A program made the position numbers and the translations under genes. 64,000 bases of DNA from an uncultured Candidatus Actinomarina sp. (GTDB taxonomy: Bacteria > Actinomycetota > Acidimicrobiia > Actinomarinales > Actinomarinaceae), in the NCBI GenBank assembly GCA_902521955.1, contig CABYTP010000002.1:55404-119403 (forward strand), read 5' to 3'. Positions 34,520-44,953 of the stretch are shown here, one piece after another; the first letter of the stretch is position 1, and every line of letters starts with the position of its first letter. The notes below the pieces were generated by a model. The model did no database searches. It was not told the origin of the DNA and saw only the letters and a list, made by a program, of their open reading frames with translations.

Positions 34520-36088
34520 TTAACCCCCAAAAGCTTTAGATAACATTGCAATTACAGCGTCATTTGTAGCTCCGAAAATTAATTTTGGAAAGACTCCAAT
34601 TAAAATTGTCAATATAACAAGTGGAATCCAGGCTGCTAATTCATATGCGTCAGCATCGTGAAGTTCTTTATCCATCCATTCTTCTGATGGTTCTCCTAGG
34701 TTAACTCTTTGTAGCATCCACAATAAATAACCAGCTGTTAAAACTGTTCCGACTGCACCCGCCACCATAGACGTTCTGAAGACAGTAACATTTAAACCAT
34801 CTAAAGGATTGTAAGCACCTAAGAGTGCCATGAATTCACCCCAAAAACCTGCAAGACCAGGAAGTCCTAATGATGCCATAGCTGTAAAGCCAAGTAGAGC
34901 TCCTGTCTTTGGTAGAAGTTTCATATTTCCACCTAACCTTCCCATGTCTCTTGTATGGTAAGTGTGTGCCATAGATCCAGAAAGGAAAAATAACAAACCT
35001 GTAATAACCCCGTGAGCAACCATTCCAATCATTGCAGCGTTAATACCTATTGGTGTCAAAGATGCAATACCTAGCATGACAAAACCCATATGACCTACAG
35101 ATGAAAAAGCTATAAGACGTTTCAAATCAGTTTGAGCTAAGCAAGCCAATGATCCATAAATTATTCCAATAGCAGATAAAATTGCAATTGCAGGTGCCCA
35201 TGCTTTTGCTTGTTCCGGAAGAATTGGTATTGCAATTCTAACAAATCCATATGAACCGAGTTTAAGCAAAATAGCTGCAAGAAGAACTGAACCTACTGTT
35301 GGTGCAGCTGTATGAGCGTCAGGGAGCCAAGTGTGTAAAGGCCACATTGGTACCTTTACAGCAAAACCTAAAAAGAGAACTGCAAAAACAAGTGTTGCAA
35401 AAGTACCTGTAAAAGCACCTGCTGAACCCAATTCGATTAATTCAGGAATACTAAAGGTTTTATTTCCACGATAGTAAAGCCCAAGAAAACCGAGAAGCAT
35501 AAAAGCAGAGCCAAATAAAGTGAATACAAAAAACTTAATACTTGCATATAGTCTTGTCTCAATCTGATTCTTGAAGCCGGCAACTGTTCTAACAGTTCTG
35601 TCTCCCCAAATACCAATCATGAAATACATTGGTAATAGTACAATTTCAAAAAATACGAAAAATAATATCAAATCTAAGGCAACAAAAGTTCCATTCATTC
35701 CAGTTTCAAGAACAAGTATTAAAGCAAGAAACCCTTTCGGACTTTTTGGTTCTGGTAAGTGCTCTATAGAGTAAATAATTGCTAACACTGTAATAAAGGT
35801 TGACAATACTAATAATGGTAAGGAGATTCCGTCTATTCCTATTTCATAATTAGCATTAATACTCCTAATCCAAGAAATTTTATTACCTAGTTGTAACTTA
35901 TCAGCCGATGAAAAATCGAACTCCAACAATAGTAAAACGCTGAAGACAAAAGTTATTATTGAAGAAACTAATGCAAAAACTTTAATTAGAAATTCTTGGC
36001 CTTTTGGAATAAGTGTTATAACCAATGCACTGACTAGAGGAAAAAAGACTACTGCAGATAGCCCTACCCCATTTGTTAATATTTCCAA
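34520..36088 (-). CDS. nuoM: NADH-quinone oxidoreductase subunit M (cluster 1)
   Basis: 522-aa Mrp-antiporter-like subunit. Confidence 0.87.
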   Translation of the reverse strand: MEILTNGVGLSAVVFFPLVSALVITLIPKGQEFLIKVFALVSSIITFVFSVLLLLEFDFSSADKLQLGNKISWIRSINANYEIGIDGISLPLLVLSTFITVLAIIYSIEHLPEPKSPKGFLALILVLETGMNGTFVALDLILFFVFFEIVLLPMYFMIGIWGDRTVRTVAGFKNQIETRLYASIKFFVFTLFGSAFMLLGFLGLYYRGNKTFSIPELIELGSAGAFTGTFATLVFAVLFLGFAVKVPMWPLHTWLPDAHTAAPTVGSVLLAAILLKLGSYGFVRIAIPILPEQAKAWAPAIAILSAIGIIYGSLACLAQTDLKRLIAFSSVGHMGFVMLGIASLTPIGINAAMIGMVAHGVITGLLFFLSGSMAHTYHTRDMGRLGGNMKLLPKTGALLGFTAMASLGLPGLAGFWGEFMALLGAYNPLDGLNVTVFRTSMVAGAVGTVLTAGYLLWMLQRVNLGEPSEEWMDKELHDADAYELAAWIPLVILTILIGVFPKLIFGATNDAVIAMLSKAFGG

Positions 36089-36096
36089 TTTTCCTC

Positions 36097-38112
36097 CTAT
36101 ATAATAAATAAAATTAATAAACTAATTGTTACTACGCCACCTAAAAATAACATTAAATATTGTTGAGTTCTTCCAGTCTGAAGTAGTTTAACCCTTCCGC
36201 CAAAACTATCAGTACCACTTGATGACATATTCAGAAATCTATCAATACCATTTTGATCTAAATTGTTATAAACAACTCCTCCTAATAATGAAGCGATTTG
36301 GCCAACACCGTTTATAAACCTATCAATGACATTTGTATTAAATTTATCAACGGCTTTTGATATATTAATTTTTATTGGATCAATGATGAATCGAAAATAG
36401 AAATGATCTAAGTAGTATTTATTTTCTAATACTGTCCACACAGGCTGAATCTTAATTTTGTCATCTCCTGTTTCAGCACTGCCTTGCAATTGATATAAAT
36501 AATAACCCAATCCTATTCCAAGTAATCCCGCAATCAAACCACTTGATAATGCAAATAAGTCAAAGCTTTCAGGATGGTATTCGACTATTTTTGTTTTTCT
36601 GGTTGTAACCCAGTCAGTAAAGCCTGTGTAAACACCTGGTATGTTTACCCACCCAGAAGCAATAGCAAAAACTGCCAATGTTAAGAGCGGAGTAGTCATC
36701 ATATTGTGAGATTCATGAGGATGACCATGCCCTCTATATTCTCCTAAAAAAGTTAACGATACTGCTCTTGTCATATAGAAGGCAGTTATAAAAGCGCCTA
36801 AAACAGCTATGAAGAAAAAAGTAGTCTCACCTTCATGGTTAAATGAAGCAAGAATTTCATCTTTTGAGAAAAAACCTGCAAATGGAGGAAGGCCAGCCAA
36901 GGCAACGGTTCCGATAATAAAAGTTGTAAAAGTTTTTGGCATAACTTTTCTTAATCCACCCATCTCAAGCATGCTATTGCTATGGACAGCATGAATTACT
37001 GACCCAGCTCCTAAAAATAAGAGTGCTTTAAAAAAAGCATGTGTCCATAAATGGAACAATGCTGCAGTGTATGCTCCAGATCCAATTGCAGCAACCATAT
37101 AACCTAATTGACTTACCGTAGAATATGCCAAAACTTTTTTTAAGTCATCTTGAACAATAGCTATCAGGCCAGCTCCTAATAGCGTGATAACTCCAAATAG
37201 CATAACAATATCTAATGCTTCAGGAGCCATTGATTTATAGAAAGGAAACATACGTGCTAGTAAATAAACACCAGCAGTTACCATTGTTGCAGCATGCATT
37301 AATGCAGATACAGGTGTTGGACCTGCCATTGCATCAGGCAACCAAACATGAAGGGGGAATTGTGCACTTTTGCCCATGGCTCCAATAAAAAGCAAAATTG
37401 CAGCAGCAAAAGCTACCTTTGATAATTTTTCATAATCGTGTGTTGATTGGTATAGAATTTCTGAAATTCTTAATGTTCCAGTATTGAGAGCCAATATAAT
37501 GATTCCAATCATTAATCCAATATCTGCAATTTTGTTTGTTATGAAAGCTTTCATAGCTGCTGATGAATTATCTTTCTTTTCCCAGTAATGGCCAATTAAT
37601 AAATACGAGCATACTCCTACCAGCTCCCAGCCAATCAAAATTTGTATTAATGTAGGTGAGGAAACTAATACCAACATACTCCCAGCAAACAGTGTTAAAG
37701 AAGTAAAGAAGAAAGTGTATCTTATCTCACCCTCCATATAATTTGTAGCATAAATAAATACGAGCAGGGCGACAGTACCCACAACAAAATACATCATAAT
37801 TGAGAGCCCATCTACTACCCATCCAAATTCGATATCAAATTGACCTATGCTTCCAACATTGACAAAAAATTCACTTGCTACACCTTCTGTTATATGAATA
37901 AACATAAGTGAAACACTGTAAATAAATATGAGGGCAATTGTTCCAAGTGCTATCTCAGCACCTTTATATGGAAGATATTTTCCAATAAATGTAATGAATA
38001 ATGCTGCTACAAAAGGAAGGACAACTAAAGACCAAGAAAACTCAGCTAAAATACCACCATCAGTATAAACAAGTTCAGTCTCTGCTAAAAAATTAGCATC
38101 AAATTTTACCAT
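36097..38112 (-). CDS. nuoL: NADH-quinone oxidoreductase subunit L (cluster 1)
   Basis: 671 aa, antiporter-like plus a long C-terminal extension. Confidence 0.88.
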   Translation of the reverse strand: MVKFDANFLAETELVYTDGGILAEFSWSLVVLPFVAALFITFIGKYLPYKGAEIALGTIALIFIYSVSLMFIHITEGVASEFFVNVGSIGQFDIEFGWVVDGLSIMMYFVVGTVALLVFIYATNYMEGEIRYTFFFTSLTLFAGSMLVLVSSPTLIQILIGWELVGVCSYLLIGHYWEKKDNSSAAMKAFITNKIADIGLMIGIIILALNTGTLRISEILYQSTHDYEKLSKVAFAAAILLFIGAMGKSAQFPLHVWLPDAMAGPTPVSALMHAATMVTAGVYLLARMFPFYKSMAPEALDIVMLFGVITLLGAGLIAIVQDDLKKVLAYSTVSQLGYMVAAIGSGAYTAALFHLWTHAFFKALLFLGAGSVIHAVHSNSMLEMGGLRKVMPKTFTTFIIGTVALAGLPPFAGFFSKDEILASFNHEGETTFFFIAVLGAFITAFYMTRAVSLTFLGEYRGHGHPHESHNMMTTPLLTLAVFAIASGWVNIPGVYTGFTDWVTTRKTKIVEYHPESFDLFALSSGLIAGLLGIGLGYYLYQLQGSAETGDDKIKIQPVWTVLENKYYLDHFYFRFIIDPIKINISKAVDKFNTNVIDRFINGVGQIASLLGGVVYNNLDQNGIDRFLNMSSSGTDSFGGRVKLLQTGRTQQYLMLFLGGVVTISLLILFII

Positions 38113-38411
38113 TTCATCAAATCAAATTCGTTTATGTTAGCAGTTTGCCTATTTCTAAAAAGCATCAATACGATGGCTAGACCAATACCAACCTCTGCAG
38201 CAGCTATTGTAATTATAAAAATAGTAAAAATTTGGCCTTGCATTAATGAATCAGCAAGCATTGAATCAAAAATTATAAAATTAATATTTACAGCATTTAA
38301 TATCAACTCAATTGAAAGAAGAACCATGACCGCATTACGTCTAACCAGAATCCCGTAGATTCCTAATGAAAAAAGAGCGGCAGCTGTTACAAGTACTGGT
38401 TGAACTATCAT
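38106..38411 (-). CDS. nuoK: NADH-quinone oxidoreductase subunit K (cluster 1)
   Basis: 101 aa, 3 TM; conserved Glu in ...AAAEVGIGLA.... Confidence 0.88.
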   Translation of the reverse strand: MIVQPVLVTAAALFSLGIYGILVRRNAVMVLLSIELILNAVNINFIIFDSMLADSLMQGQIFTIFIITIAAAEVGIGLAIVLMLFRNRQTANINEFDLMKW

Positions 38412-38926
38412 ATTTGATCCTCATCAACAAGGGCTTCATCCTTTCTCGCTAAAGTTATTCCGCCAATTAATGCGGCTAATAAAACAAACGACACTATTTC
38501 AAATGGAAAAACAAAACGACTTAATAAAATTTCTCCTAGAAGTTCAGTTGAAGACCCAGATGTAATTACGATTTCACCATCAAATCCATTAATAAGGATA
38601 TAAGAAAAGAGCAAAAATATTGCACCCGATATTGTGGCACCAATTAATTTATTCTTATCATTATCTAACTCAGCATTTTTACCCAATGGAGCTCTTGTAA
38701 TCATTACCCCAAAAAGGAATAGAACTATAACTGCTCCGATGTAAACAAGGACAAGTACCAATGCCACAAATTGTGTGGATAAAAGCAAGAAAAGAGTTGC
38801 AGTAAGTGCAAGGGTGAAAACTAATGATATTGCTGCGTGAATGACATTTGAAGTTGTAACTACTCTTGCTGCTGAGAATAGAAGAAGTAATAAAGTAAAG
38901 TATGTAACGACTTCGTAAATTTCCAT
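38408..38926 (-). CDS. nuoJ: NADH-quinone oxidoreductase subunit J (cluster 1)
   Basis: 172-aa membrane subunit; operon position. Confidence 0.82.
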   Translation of the reverse strand: MEIYEVVTYFTLLLLLFSAARVVTTSNVIHAAISLVFTLALTATLFLLLSTQFVALVLVLVYIGAVIVLFLFGVMITRAPLGKNAELDNDKNKLIGATISGAIFLLFSYILINGFDGEIVITSGSSTELLGEILLSRFVFPFEIVSFVLLAALIGGITLARKDEALVDEDQI

Positions 38927-38927
38927 T

Positions 38928-39413
38928 TTAACTTTCTAAGCCTTGAGTATCAGGTACAGTTTTTAACCAATCGTCTAAACGTTCCTTATTGTGAAGCATG
39001 TCACCCATATTGAATTCAGAATACTCGTACTCAGGTGTCCAAAATAAAGCATCGAAAGGACAAACCTCAACACAGATTCCACAATACATACATAGTGCAT
39101 AATCAATATCAAATCTATCTAGAACAGCTCTACTTCTTTGTCTACCTCCAGGTTTTGAAGGGGGTTGTAATTCTTTATGTCCCTCAATATAAATACACCA
39201 ATCGGGGCATTGTCTTGCACACAACATACAACTAGTGCATGCTTCTTGATCTAAAGCAATAACTCCTCGTGCTCTTGGTGCAACTTTTTCCTTTTCAAAT
39301 GGATAATTTACATTTGGTTTTGAGTGAAATGGAGATAGGGTTTTAAGCATATTGACAATTACTATCTTTATTCCAATTAAGAATCCGGGAACTTTTGGTT
39401 TAAACGTTTTCAT
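38928..39413 (-). CDS. nuoI: NADH-quinone oxidoreductase subunit I (short, 161 aa; 2x[4Fe-4S])
   Basis: Two CxxCxxCxxxCP ferredoxin motifs (CTSCMLCARQCP, CMYCGICVEVCP). Confidence 0.9.
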   Translation of the reverse strand: MKTFKPKVPGFLIGIKIVIVNMLKTLSPFHSKPNVNYPFEKEKVAPRARGVIALDQEACTSCMLCARQCPDWCIYIEGHKELQPPSKPGGRQRSRAVLDRFDIDYALCMYCGICVEVCPFDALFWTPEYEYSEFNMGDMLHNKERLDDWLKTVPDTQGLES

Positions 39414-40384
39414 TAGAATCCAACTTTCATTATTGCAGTTACAAGAATATTAATTAAAGATGCAGGAATAAGTATTTTCCAAGCGAGGTTTTGAAGTTGA
39501 TCTTCTCGAAATCTTGGCTGTGACCACCTAACAGCTACCAATATAAAACCTAAAATAGCAGTCTTTGTTAATAAAACAACAGGTCCATAAAAATTTACCC
39601 ATTCAGTTGGCAAAAGTGGAACATGGTAACCTCCAAGAAATAAAGTCGAAGCAATTGCACATAAAATAAACATATTCATATATTCAGAAATATAAAAAAT
39701 AAGAAATCTAATTCCAGAGTATTCTGTCATAAATCCCATTGTCAGTTCTGATTCACCAATTGGCATATCAAAGGGCACTCTCATCATTTCAGCTGTTGCT
39801 GCAACCATAAATATCAGAAAGCCAACTATCTGGCCACCAACAACAAAAGGTACTCCCCATTCAATTTGTTTTTCTACAATCCCGACTAATGACATTGTTT
39901 CAGCTTGAATAACAACTCCAACAACAGCAAGTATCAGTGGAAGTTCGTACGCGATGAGCTGTCCTGCTGCTCTTAAACCACCCATAAGGGAATATTTGTT
40001 TGCTGATGACCATCCAGCAGTTAATACACCTATAGTTCCTAAAGAGCTTATGGCAAGTGCAAAGAAAACCCCTAATTCTAGATCTGCAACAACCAATGTA
40101 GGGCTCATTGGGACTACAGCAAAAAGCGCAACACAAGAAACCATAACATAAGCCGGAGCCCACTTAAATACTGGTCTGTCCACCTCAGTTGGGATTATGT
40201 CTTCTTTTTGAACAAATTTAAGTATTTCAGCAAGAGGAAATATGAAACCTCTAAGTCCTACATGTAATGGACCCGGTCTTCTCTGCATCCATGAAGCACC
40301 TTTAACATCCATAATAGTAAAAATGATTGCTCCATTTAATGCAGCAAGTGCAAGAAATCCTACCTTGACAAAGACTTCTGTCAT
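39413..40384 (-). CDS. nuoH: NADH-quinone oxidoreductase subunit H (cluster 1)
   Basis: 323-aa NuoH/ND1 family protein (…EYSGIRFLIFYISEYMNMF…). Confidence 0.9.
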   Translation of the reverse strand: MTEVFVKVGFLALAALNGAIIFTIMDVKGASWMQRRPGPLHVGLRGFIFPLAEILKFVQKEDIIPTEVDRPVFKWAPAYVMVSCVALFAVVPMSPTLVVADLELGVFFALAISSLGTIGVLTAGWSSANKYSLMGGLRAAGQLIAYELPLILAVVGVVIQAETMSLVGIVEKQIEWGVPFVVGGQIVGFLIFMVAATAEMMRVPFDMPIGESELTMGFMTEYSGIRFLIFYISEYMNMFILCAIASTLFLGGYHVPLLPTEWVNFYGPVVLLTKTAILGFILVAVRWSQPRFREDQLQNLAWKILIPASLINILVTAIMKVGF

Positions 40385-41577
40385 CTGTCCACATCTCCCA
40401 ATACAAAATCTAAACTACCCATTATGGCAATTAAATCTGGTAGTAAAGCGCCCTCGAGTAGCAAAGGTAAAATAGAAAGATTACTAAATGAAGCTGTTCG
40501 AACTTTAAGCCTATATGGTCCCAACCCTCCATCTGACACTATGTAGTAGCCCATTTCTCCTTTTGGATTTTCTGCCCTTACGTAAGTACGTCCTTTAGGG
40601 ACTTTTATAACTTTAGGTACCTTAGCTTGTAGTGGACCAGAAGGCATTGAGTCAATTGCTTGCAACACTATTTTTGCCGATTCAATCATTTCCTTGACTC
40701 TGACATCCCATCTATCATAACAATCTCCGTTCTCTCCAATAGGAATATCATATTCAAATTGATCATATGGCAAATAATCCATTTGAGTTCTTAAATCAGA
40801 CTTCACTCCTGAAGCCCTAAGTATTGGGCCGGATACTCCAAAGGCTTCTGCAGTCTCAGCAGATAAGATTCCAACATTTTTTGTTCTTTTTTTAAAAACT
40901 TCATTACCACCGATTAAATTTTGAAATTGATCAGCAGCCTCTATTACTTTTTGCATTGCTACTTTTGTATCTCTATAAAATCCAGCAGGTAAATCCTGGA
41001 TATCTTTTTTTGTGGTAGGGCCTGATCCAGCTGCTGGTTTTACTCCACCTATTCGATTAAAGTTTGGATGAAAGCGGCCACCAGTTACTGACTCAATTAA
41101 ATCTAAAACTCTTTCCCTGTCTTCCATTGCATAAAAAATTGGAGTCAATGCACCAACTTCAAGAGCGTACGCTCCATTAAATACAAAATGTGATGAAATT
41201 CTTGCCATCTCATTAAGAATTAACCTGATATGTTTGGCCCTTTCAGGTACTTCGATTTCCATTAATCTTTCTGCACCAGCAATAAATGGGATTTCATTAG
41301 AGAAACCAGCAACCCAATCTATGCGGTTAACAAGTGTAGTGATTTGAGGGTACGATCTCACTTCCGCAAGTTTTTCATAGCCACGATGCATATACCCAAG
41401 AACGGGTTTTACATCATGCACCTTTTCACCATCTACTTTTGCGACCAGTCTAAGTACTCCATGAGTTGATGGGTGTTGAGGACCTATGTTGAGCGTCATG
41501 TCTTCAGTTTCTATCTCTACAGATACAGATGCCTCTGAAAAATTATTAAAATTTTGGGGGTCTAATGTATTAACCAT
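40381..41577 (-). CDS. nuoD: NADH-quinone oxidoreductase subunit D (cluster 1)
   Basis: 398 aa, ...GPQHPSTHGVLRL...GYMHRGYEKL... 49-kDa-subunit signature. It directly abuts nuoH, with no nuoEFG between. Confidence 0.92.
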   Translation of the reverse strand: MVNTLDPQNFNNFSEASVSVEIETEDMTLNIGPQHPSTHGVLRLVAKVDGEKVHDVKPVLGYMHRGYEKLAEVRSYPQITTLVNRIDWVAGFSNEIPFIAGAERLMEIEVPERAKHIRLILNEMARISSHFVFNGAYALEVGALTPIFYAMEDRERVLDLIESVTGGRFHPNFNRIGGVKPAAGSGPTTKKDIQDLPAGFYRDTKVAMQKVIEAADQFQNLIGGNEVFKKRTKNVGILSAETAEAFGVSGPILRASGVKSDLRTQMDYLPYDQFEYDIPIGENGDCYDRWDVRVKEMIESAKIVLQAIDSMPSGPLQAKVPKVIKVPKGRTYVRAENPKGEMGYYIVSDGGLGPYRLKVRTASFSNLSILPLLLEGALLPDLIAIMGSLDFVLGDVDR

Positions 41578-42115
41578 CTACTGACTCATCACTTTCTGAT
41601 TCTTCTGGCATTCCTTCTACGTCAACTTCGCCAGGCCAAGGCTTAACTTCTCTACTAATTAATTCAAAAGACTTCAGCATAGGATTTCCCTCGTATCCAT
41701 CAGGAAGATATAATTTTTCAAGATTTGGATGGTTTTCAAAATTGATTCCAAACATTTCATATGCTTCTCTCTCATGCCAATTAGCACCTGCATATATTTC
41801 TACGAGAGAAGTAATCTTTGGCTCTGATTTATTAATGGTGGTTGATACAGTAACTAAATTGTTATTAGAAACATTAGACAAACATGTAATGATTTCAAAA
41901 CTTGGTGAAACCGTCTCCTTTGGTGCTTCTCCAGTGGAAACTTCATTATCCCAATCTATTGCAGATAGCCATGAGAAAAATTTTAAATCAAATTCATCTT
42001 TAAGTTTTTGATGTGTCTCGATCCACTTAGATGATTCAACCTTGATGTTGATTGTTTCAAATGCTACATCTGTCTTAATAAAATTTTCTTGTATTTTACT
42101 TAAAAATTCTTCCAT
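41570..42115 (-). CDS. nuoC: NADH-quinone oxidoreductase subunit C (cluster 1)
   Basis: 181-aa 30-kDa-subunit family protein with an acidic C-terminus. Confidence 0.85.
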   Translation of the reverse strand: MEEFLSKIQENFIKTDVAFETINIKVESSKWIETHQKLKDEFDLKFFSWLSAIDWDNEVSTGEAPKETVSPSFEIITCLSNVSNNNLVTVSTTINKSEPKITSLVEIYAGANWHEREAYEMFGINFENHPNLEKLYLPDGYEGNPMLKSFELISREVKPWPGEVDVEGMPEESESDESVDG

Positions 42116-42116
42116 C

Positions 42117-42614
42117 TTATATTGGCTCTGTTTGGACTTCTGTCCATTTTTCTTTCATGTCTTCTCCACGAATTTTTTTCTGAAGAAGAATAATTCCTTC
42201 CTGAAGTGCTTCTGGCCTTGGAGGACATCCGGGAACATAAACATCTACAGGAATTAATTGGTCAACTCCCTTTGTGACTGAATAAGAATCCCAATATGGA
42301 CCTCCACTATTTGAACAGGAACCCATAGAAATAACATACTTTGGTTCTGGCATTTGATCGTAGAGCCTTTTAACTGATGGGGCCATTTTATCTGTTACTG
42401 TTCCAGCAACAATCATAAAATCGGCTTGTCTCGGAGATGCGGGTAATGGAATGACTCCTAATCTCATAAAATCGTGTCTCGGCCCACTTACTGCCATAAC
42501 CTCAATTGCACAGCACGCTAACCCGAACTGAAAATACCAAAGTGAGTATGATCTAGCCCAATTAAATACAGATGATATTGGCTTTGGAAGACCGAATTTA
42601 TCAACTATTCCCAT
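42117..42614 (-). CDS. nuoB: NADH-quinone oxidoreductase subunit B (cluster 1)
   Basis: N2-cluster Cys ligands (CCAIE..., [13 protein letters not shown]). Confidence 0.92.
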   Translation of the reverse strand: MGIVDKFGLPKPISSVFNWARSYSLWYFQFGLACCAIEVMAVSGPRHDFMRLGVIPLPASPRQADFMIVAGTVTDKMAPSVKRLYDQMPEPKYVISMGSCSNSGGPYWDSYSVTKGVDQLIPVDVYVPGCPPRPEALQEGIILLQKKIRGEDMKEKWTEVQTEPI

Positions 42615-42970
42615 TTGAGTACATCCTTTCTAATAGCGTATATGAGACCAATTAATAAGATGAATATAAAAACAAACATCTCAATTAATCCAAAATAGCC
42701 AAGTTTTTCCAGGTTAATAGCCCATGGAAATATAAATACTGCTTCTACATCAAAAATTACAAATAGTAAACCAAATATATAATACCTAACATATGTTTGG
42801 CTCCATCCGGAACCTACTGGGTCTACACCACACTCATAAGTTTGGAGCTTTTCTGCATAAGGCTTATTAGGCCTAAGGACAGATGCTACACCAAGTAAAA
42901 GCACGACCAAAAAAAGTCCAAATCCTAGCACTGCTGCTATGGTCACATAATCTTGAAAATAAGAAATCAT
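42605..42970 (-). CDS. nuoA: NADH-quinone oxidoreductase subunit A (cluster 1)
   Basis: 121-aa, 3-TM ND3 family protein; first gene of the operon. Confidence 0.88.
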   Translation of the reverse strand: MISYFQDYVTIAAVLGFGLFLVVLLLGVASVLRPNKPYAEKLQTYECGVDPVGSGWSQTYVRYYIFGLLFVIFDVEAVFIFPWAINLEKLGYFGLIEMFVFIFILLIGLIYAIRKDVLKWE

Positions 42971-43050
42971 ACTTAATACTTTAGTCCAGCCTCTAAAAAG
43001 TTTAGTTTTTTCTCAAACTTCAGTGTAATTTTTTTGTAAGATTTTTATAA

Positions 43051-44139
43051 GTGATTAACAAAAATTTTTTACAAGAAGCAAGTCTGTTACAACTTTCAGA
43101 AGAGATTTTCAGCACCGTTATAAATGATAGAGTGGAATTAAATTCTATTCAGAACCTGTTAACTGAGAAGGTTAAAGAGGCAGAAACAATTAATTTTATA
43201 CTTGCCGATGGACTTGGATATAAAAATTTAATATCACTTGAGACTTCTCTAAAAGAAAACATAAAAAAAATAATAAATACTACATTCCCCTCCTCAACAA
43301 ATGTTGCGCTAACTACGTTTGCAATGATGAGGAATCCCATAGATCATGGAATTCTTGGTTACTACATGTACGATAGAAACAAGTTTGGATTAATTAATGC
43401 ACTTAATTGGAATAATGAAAACAAATCTCTTTTAGGTAATAATCATTTTAAAAATCAAGAATCTATTTGGAAAAAATTAAAATCACTCAATACACATGTG
43501 TCTAACTTTCAACCAGAAAACTTAGTAGGTAGTGCATTGTCAAACTTCCTATATGAAAAAAGCAGTACAGTACCTTATAAAACGCTAGATAATCTTATAG
43601 AAATGCTTTCAGAAGCATCTTTCCTAGAGAATAGATTTAATTTTATTTACTATCCAAATGTCGATATTGCTGGACATATTTTTGGGGTCTATTCTGCTGA
43701 GTGGGAACTTGAAATAAAAAAATTTGAAAAAGCGGTTGAAAGAATTTCTCAAGCAAGTAACAAGAAAACTACAACAATAATTTCAGCTGATCATGGGTTA
43801 TGTAATATTCCACTTGAGAATAGGCATAATTTATCTTACAAAAATAGTATTCAGATATATGGAGACCAACGGTCGGTTTATATAAATGGAACTAGAAGTG
43901 AAGTTGAAAAGGTTTTTTCAAACATACCTGGTGATCTTATTAGTAGATCTGATTTGAAACATCTCTTAAAAGAACCGGGTAATAGCTATATTGAAGCGTT
44001 TTATCCAGATTATTGTTTCCTTCTTAAGGAAAATCACATAATATATCCAAAGCATTTACAAGCTGAACTAAAAGGCTACCACGGTGGACTAACTGAAGAA
44101 GAATTAAAAATTCCAATTATAGAGATTCATAATTTTTGA
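43051..44139 (+). CDS. alkaline-phosphatase-superfamily phosphodiesterase/nucleotide pyrophosphatase-like enzyme (cytoplasmic)
   Basis: N-terminal ILADGLGY metal-Asp motif, ...NVDIAGHIFG... and ...ISADHGL... (DHG) motifs of the type-I phosphodiesterase fold; no signal peptide. Confidence 0.65.
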   Translation: MINKNFLQEASLLQLSEEIFSTVINDRVELNSIQNLLTEKVKEAETINFILADGLGYKNLISLETSLKENIKKIINTTFPSSTNVALTTFAMMRNPIDHGILGYYMYDRNKFGLINALNWNNENKSLLGNNHFKNQESIWKKLKSLNTHVSNFQPENLVGSALSNFLYEKSSTVPYKTLDNLIEMLSEASFLENRFNFIYYPNVDIAGHIFGVYSAEWELEIKKFEKAVERISQASNKKTTTIISADHGLCNIPLENRHNLSYKNSIQIYGDQRSVYINGTRSEVEKVFSNIPGDLISRSDLKHLLKEPGNSYIEAFYPDYCFLLKENHIIYPKHLQAELKGYHGGLTEEELKIPIIEIHNF

Positions 44140-44158
44140 TAAACATATAATTACAAGC

Positions 44159-44953
44159 ATGAGTAAAAAGCTATTGTTGTTTGTTTTTATTTTGGTTTTT
44201 ATTGGTTGTGGTAGTAATGGAATGCAATCAGAGGGCTACCCAGAACCGTTTATAGGCGGAGGAGTTGAGGATATGTCTTTAAGTAGGTCAGAATCAATTT
44301 CAAATTCTTCAACTTCTCAGGGAGATTATATTATCAAAACGGCATATGCCAGCACTGATGTAAGCTCGTCAAATTTTAATAGCACAATTAAAAGTGTAGA
44401 AAATATGGTAAAAAGTTATGGAGGGAATATCTCAAATACATATCTTTCTACTAATTACCAAGGACTTCAAAGTTATAGCTTAACAATAAACATTCCTGCT
44501 GTGGATTTTGAAGAATTTCTTTCTGAAGTTGAAGAACTATCTAGTTTTACGAACATTAGTTCAAATGCAAATGATGTAACTCGGTATGTTGTTGATATTG
44601 ATTCAAGACTGAAATCTTTATATAGTGAAAAAGAAGCATTACAAGATATTAAAGATGAGGCAACTTCTACCTCTGATAAACTTCAGGTTCAGTCTCAATT
44701 AAGGTATATAAATCAAGACATTGAAATGCTCCAGGGACAAAAAGAATTTTATGAAAACTCTACATCGTTTTCTACGCTCACATTAGAAATTAGGGAAGGA
44801 TCTGGTGTGTCACTCTTTTCTTGGAATTATTATGTGCAAAGAGCTTTAGGTTGGACTGAAAGTATTATTGGAATTTCTGTATCGATCTCAATCATCCTTA
44901 TACCAATCGGATTTATATTTTTTGGTATAAGAAAATTAAGAAATAAAAAATAA
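44159..44953 (+). CDS. lipoprotein with C-terminal TM anchor (DUF4349-like architecture)
   Basis: Lipobox FIGCGS after the signal peptide, Ser/Asn-rich and coiled-coil middle region, terminal hydrophobic helix plus KLRNKK. Confidence 0.55.
   Translation: MSKKLLLFVFILVFIGCGSNGMQSEGYPEPFIGGGVEDMSLSRSESISNSSTSQGDYIIKTAYASTDVSSSNFNSTIKSVENMVKSYGGNISNTYLSTNYQGLQSYSLTINIPAVDFEEFLSEVEELSSFTNISSNANDVTRYVVDIDSRLKSLYSEKEALQDIKDEATSTSDKLQVQSQLRYINQDIEMLQGQKEFYENSTSFSTLTLEIREGSGVSLFSWNYYVQRALGWTESIIGISVSISIILIPIGFIFFGIRKLRNKK

Noticed and set aside
43051-44139. Idea that the AP-superfamily protein is a PglZ component of a BREX phage-defence system.
   Set aside because: It is 362 aa, far shorter than PglZ, and no brxA/B/C, pglX methyltransferase or Lon-like genes are nearby. 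The motifs fit a simple phosphodiesterase.
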